64,000 nt of DNA. It comes from Carcharhinus longimanus (lineage: Eukaryota). The notes beneath the pieces were generated by a model. It saw only the letters and a list, made by a program, of their open reading frames with translations, was not told where the DNA came from and did not search any database. Both the position numbers and the translations under genes were made by a program. This document shows positions 61,320 to 64,000 of the stretch, one piece after another (the stretch's first letter is position 1; the number at the start of each line of letters is the position of its first letter). Location of the stretch: contig JASCQW010000032.1 of the NCBI GenBank assembly GCA_030264375.1, positions 30,241,016 through 30,305,015 on the forward strand, given 5' to 3'.

Positions 61320-62010
61320 GCTGGCCTACAACAGTAACATCCAGGCTTTGGCTAATAAATGATGGGTAATGTATATATCAAGTAATAACCACCCTGAACT
61401 ACCCAGTCCAGTCGTCTTCCCTTAATTTCAAATAGTGCTACTACCACCAAGTTCTGCCTCCTCAGTCAACATCTGTAGAGTCACCATTAATCAGATGCTG
61501 AACTGCACCAGACAGATTAACATCATGGCTGAAAGAGCAGGACATGGATTTCATTCTGTATGATTTGTGGCTCACCTCGTGACCTCTCAAAACCTCTCCA
61601 TCATCAATAAAGTTCAAGTCAGGAGTAAGGTGATATACCACTTGCCTGGATGGATATAGCTACAATATCACTTAAGATGCTTGACATAATCCCGGACAGA
61701 GTGGTTCGGTTATTCAGTGCCTCTACCAGAAGCCTTATCCATCACTTCCATCACTGGTGCATGTCTACAGAATTAGGAATCACCAGTATGTGCTGCAGCA
61801 ACTTAGCAATGTTACTTCCGTTTAGCCGTGTCCACCACCCTCAAGAAGGATAAAGTAAGAATGCCATAATGTTTTGAGTTCCTCTCAAAGCTACACACCA
61901 TTCTGACTTGGAGGTCAATTTCCTGGAATTTCTTGCTACCATCATAAGAAGTTCCTCTCACTGCAATTAGAGATAGACAACAAATGCAACTGTGCTAGCA
62001 TTACCCAAAC
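61320..62010 (+). mobile_element. Old CR1/L2-group LINE 3' portion
   Basis: IQALANK*WV, KVQVRSK and CCSNL motifs, tail CAATTAGAGATAGACAACAAATGC. Confidence 0.7.
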
Positions 62011-62059
62011 ACTCTCTGCCTCTTAGCACAAATCAGCAACTAAGAATTAATTTATTTCG

Positions 62060-62163
62060 GCCAGTTCTAAAGAACTCGCATTCTAATTAATGTTAACCCT
62101 ATTTCTCTCTCCGCAGATACTGCCAGATCTGTTGAGTATTTTCAGCACTTTGCTTTTATCTCA
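62060..62163 (+). mobile_element. Penelope terminal repeat, hammerhead decayed
   Basis: CCAGTTCT..TGTTAAC..TTTCTCTCTCCGCAGATACTGCCAGATCTGTTGAGTATTTTCAGCA is homologous to 17833-17938. Confidence 0.7.
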
Positions 62164-64000
62164 CCATGAAACAAGTTGTACTCTGGATTGTTTCTGTACT
62201 CAAATCCTGTTTCTTTTTTTTATATGGACAGGTCATTAGCTCCACAACTCCCGACTAGGAGAAACAGTTGCGTGGAAAGTGGGGTTGCCACTCTACTCCC
62301 GTCTTTCTTTTGCCCATATTGGATGTTGACCTGACAAGGACAATGTTTTGTAACCAAAGTACCAGAAATGTTATTTTGCTTAATCCTTCAAATTCAAAGT
62401 TATTATTCTGTCACTCTTAATCACTCTTTAAAACATAAATGTTCAACAAACATATTTTTTAGTCAAATCCAATGATGACACGTCATTGGTAATTTCTCCC
62501 TGTCGATCAGTACAAAGCCCAGAACACCATCATAGCCTACAATTATCTAACAAAGTGGGATGAAAAATATCAAACCTCAAAAATCTGTAATGGATCATAT
62601 TTGTTAAAGCAACAGAGATTAATTCCTACCATGCTTTAACGACAGAATGTTCCAGAAAGCCCTTAATCTAGCTGAATAAAGTTTTTAAGCAGAAGCTGGA
62701 AAGTTGTATTAGCACATTGCCATGCTCTGGTGATTTATGATACACGAACAAGTTTGAGTGGTTCTGCAGATGGACATTATAAAACATTTTCATTACTCAC
62801 CATATGTCCTTCCAGGCATTTAAGACGGAATATTTTATTTCTAGGAACATCTGGGTTTGATTTGTATCTGGTAATTGGGAGATCCTTAGTGTGGTTCTCG
62901 CTAATAAGGCATTTGATTTCATTCTTATTTACTTTATGGATCCAAACCATTGGTGGCGAAAGGTGCAGGTGGTGATTTTTCCGAGATATCCAAAAAATTT
63001 ATAGCTCTGCTGAATGTGATTTTGCGGGTCAGTGATTACTGTTGAGAGGTCAACACCTTTATATTAGATCTAAAAAGCAATGGAGTGCAACCGTGAAGAT
63101 ATAAAACAGCTAATAAGGAGCTCAGTAGAATGTTCTAAATGGTGAAGGGGGGGCTGGTGTCAGTGAAAGGGAAATGATTTTTAAAATGCCCTTTTTAGTT
63201 TTTATCTATATCGCAGCGAATTCAATTCACTCTTTGTCATTACCAGAATGGCTACTTTAATATCGTTTCCTGTTTTTTTTATTCCTAAAACATGAGCATC
63301 TTTAATCATCTCTCCTTGCATTTAAATCAACATTATGGCCATCATTAATCATCAGAAATTGTTCAATGTGTGTCCAGACTTTTAAAATTTTTTTACTTAA
63401 ATTGTTACCAACAAAAAAGGTGCGTCAACCACATTGATTTAGAATCTAGTTAAAAATTATGATCCCAATATTCTGGTTCACTGTTAGATATGGAAACTGA
63501 GATGATGACGTTGTCAGTACAATTAGTTCTAGGACAATTCACCAGGGTATCAAGTGGCAAGTGGTCTCTCTCAATGTGCCAATTTTGTATTGTGTTCCAC
63601 CAGGGTTCAGAAGATCATTCCTGTGGGATTCATTATGTTATAATCCAAACCACAAACAGATCAAAGTCTCTCAAAAAGTAAACCAAAAAAATGTTAGCTT
63701 CCATGAAGACGTTTGAAACTTACTGAATACTCAGTTTGTTGGCAAATCTAGTGTTTAAAAATATGACCACTGTAACTCTCAGTTGTCTGACACAACAAAG
63801 CTGAAAAGATATTCCACAATAGAACAGATACTATTTATCTAACTTCAGTTGCAATTTAGCACATAATGCCCTGAAGTTGCTTGTGAGAACCTAAATCAGG
63901 ATTTAACATTGAATGGATTCAATTTGAATATCCTGACTGATTCCACACATTGGTTCTGATCAATTCAAGTATTTACTGTGTATTCGGACACGTGTATGAG

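Noticed and set aside
1-64000. CRISPR array, prokaryotic operon or defence system
   Set aside because: No regularly spaced repeat-spacer array and no long gene-dense ORFs; the content is vertebrate repeat and non-coding DNA

Overview
Eukaryotic, repeat-rich draft-assembly DNA with 13 N-gaps, most of them 100 nt. It is almost certainly from a shark or other elasmobranch, judged by HE1-type tRNA-derived SINEs, CR1, RTE and L2 LINE remnants, Penelope-like elements, DeuSINE-like elements, solo LTRs and GGG..CCC-ended MITE/Harbinger-like elements. No intact host protein-coding gene, rRNA, true tRNA or CRISPR array is supported; every recognisable ORF is a decayed transposon fragment. The repeat-poor parts look like regulatory gene desert: two CpG-retaining AT-rich blocks (~17.3-23.4 kb and ~28.6-32 kb) and several homeodomain/Pbx-Meis/Sox/TCF-motif clusters. 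Main points of interest: (1) an apparently intact minimal type-I hammerhead ribozyme in a Penelope terminus at 11945-11982, plus decayed relatives; (2) a near-full-length LINE with no visible ORF1 and a SINE-like 5' region (54870->51165), together with a head+tail-only derivative (39072-39283); (3) a DNA-transposon family with 3-bp ANN target duplications; (4) a CpG-rich domain split by a multi-layer retroelement nest, containing possible spliced non-coding exons. Family names come from recalled motifs, not database searches, and element boundaries are approximate unless a TSD is given.
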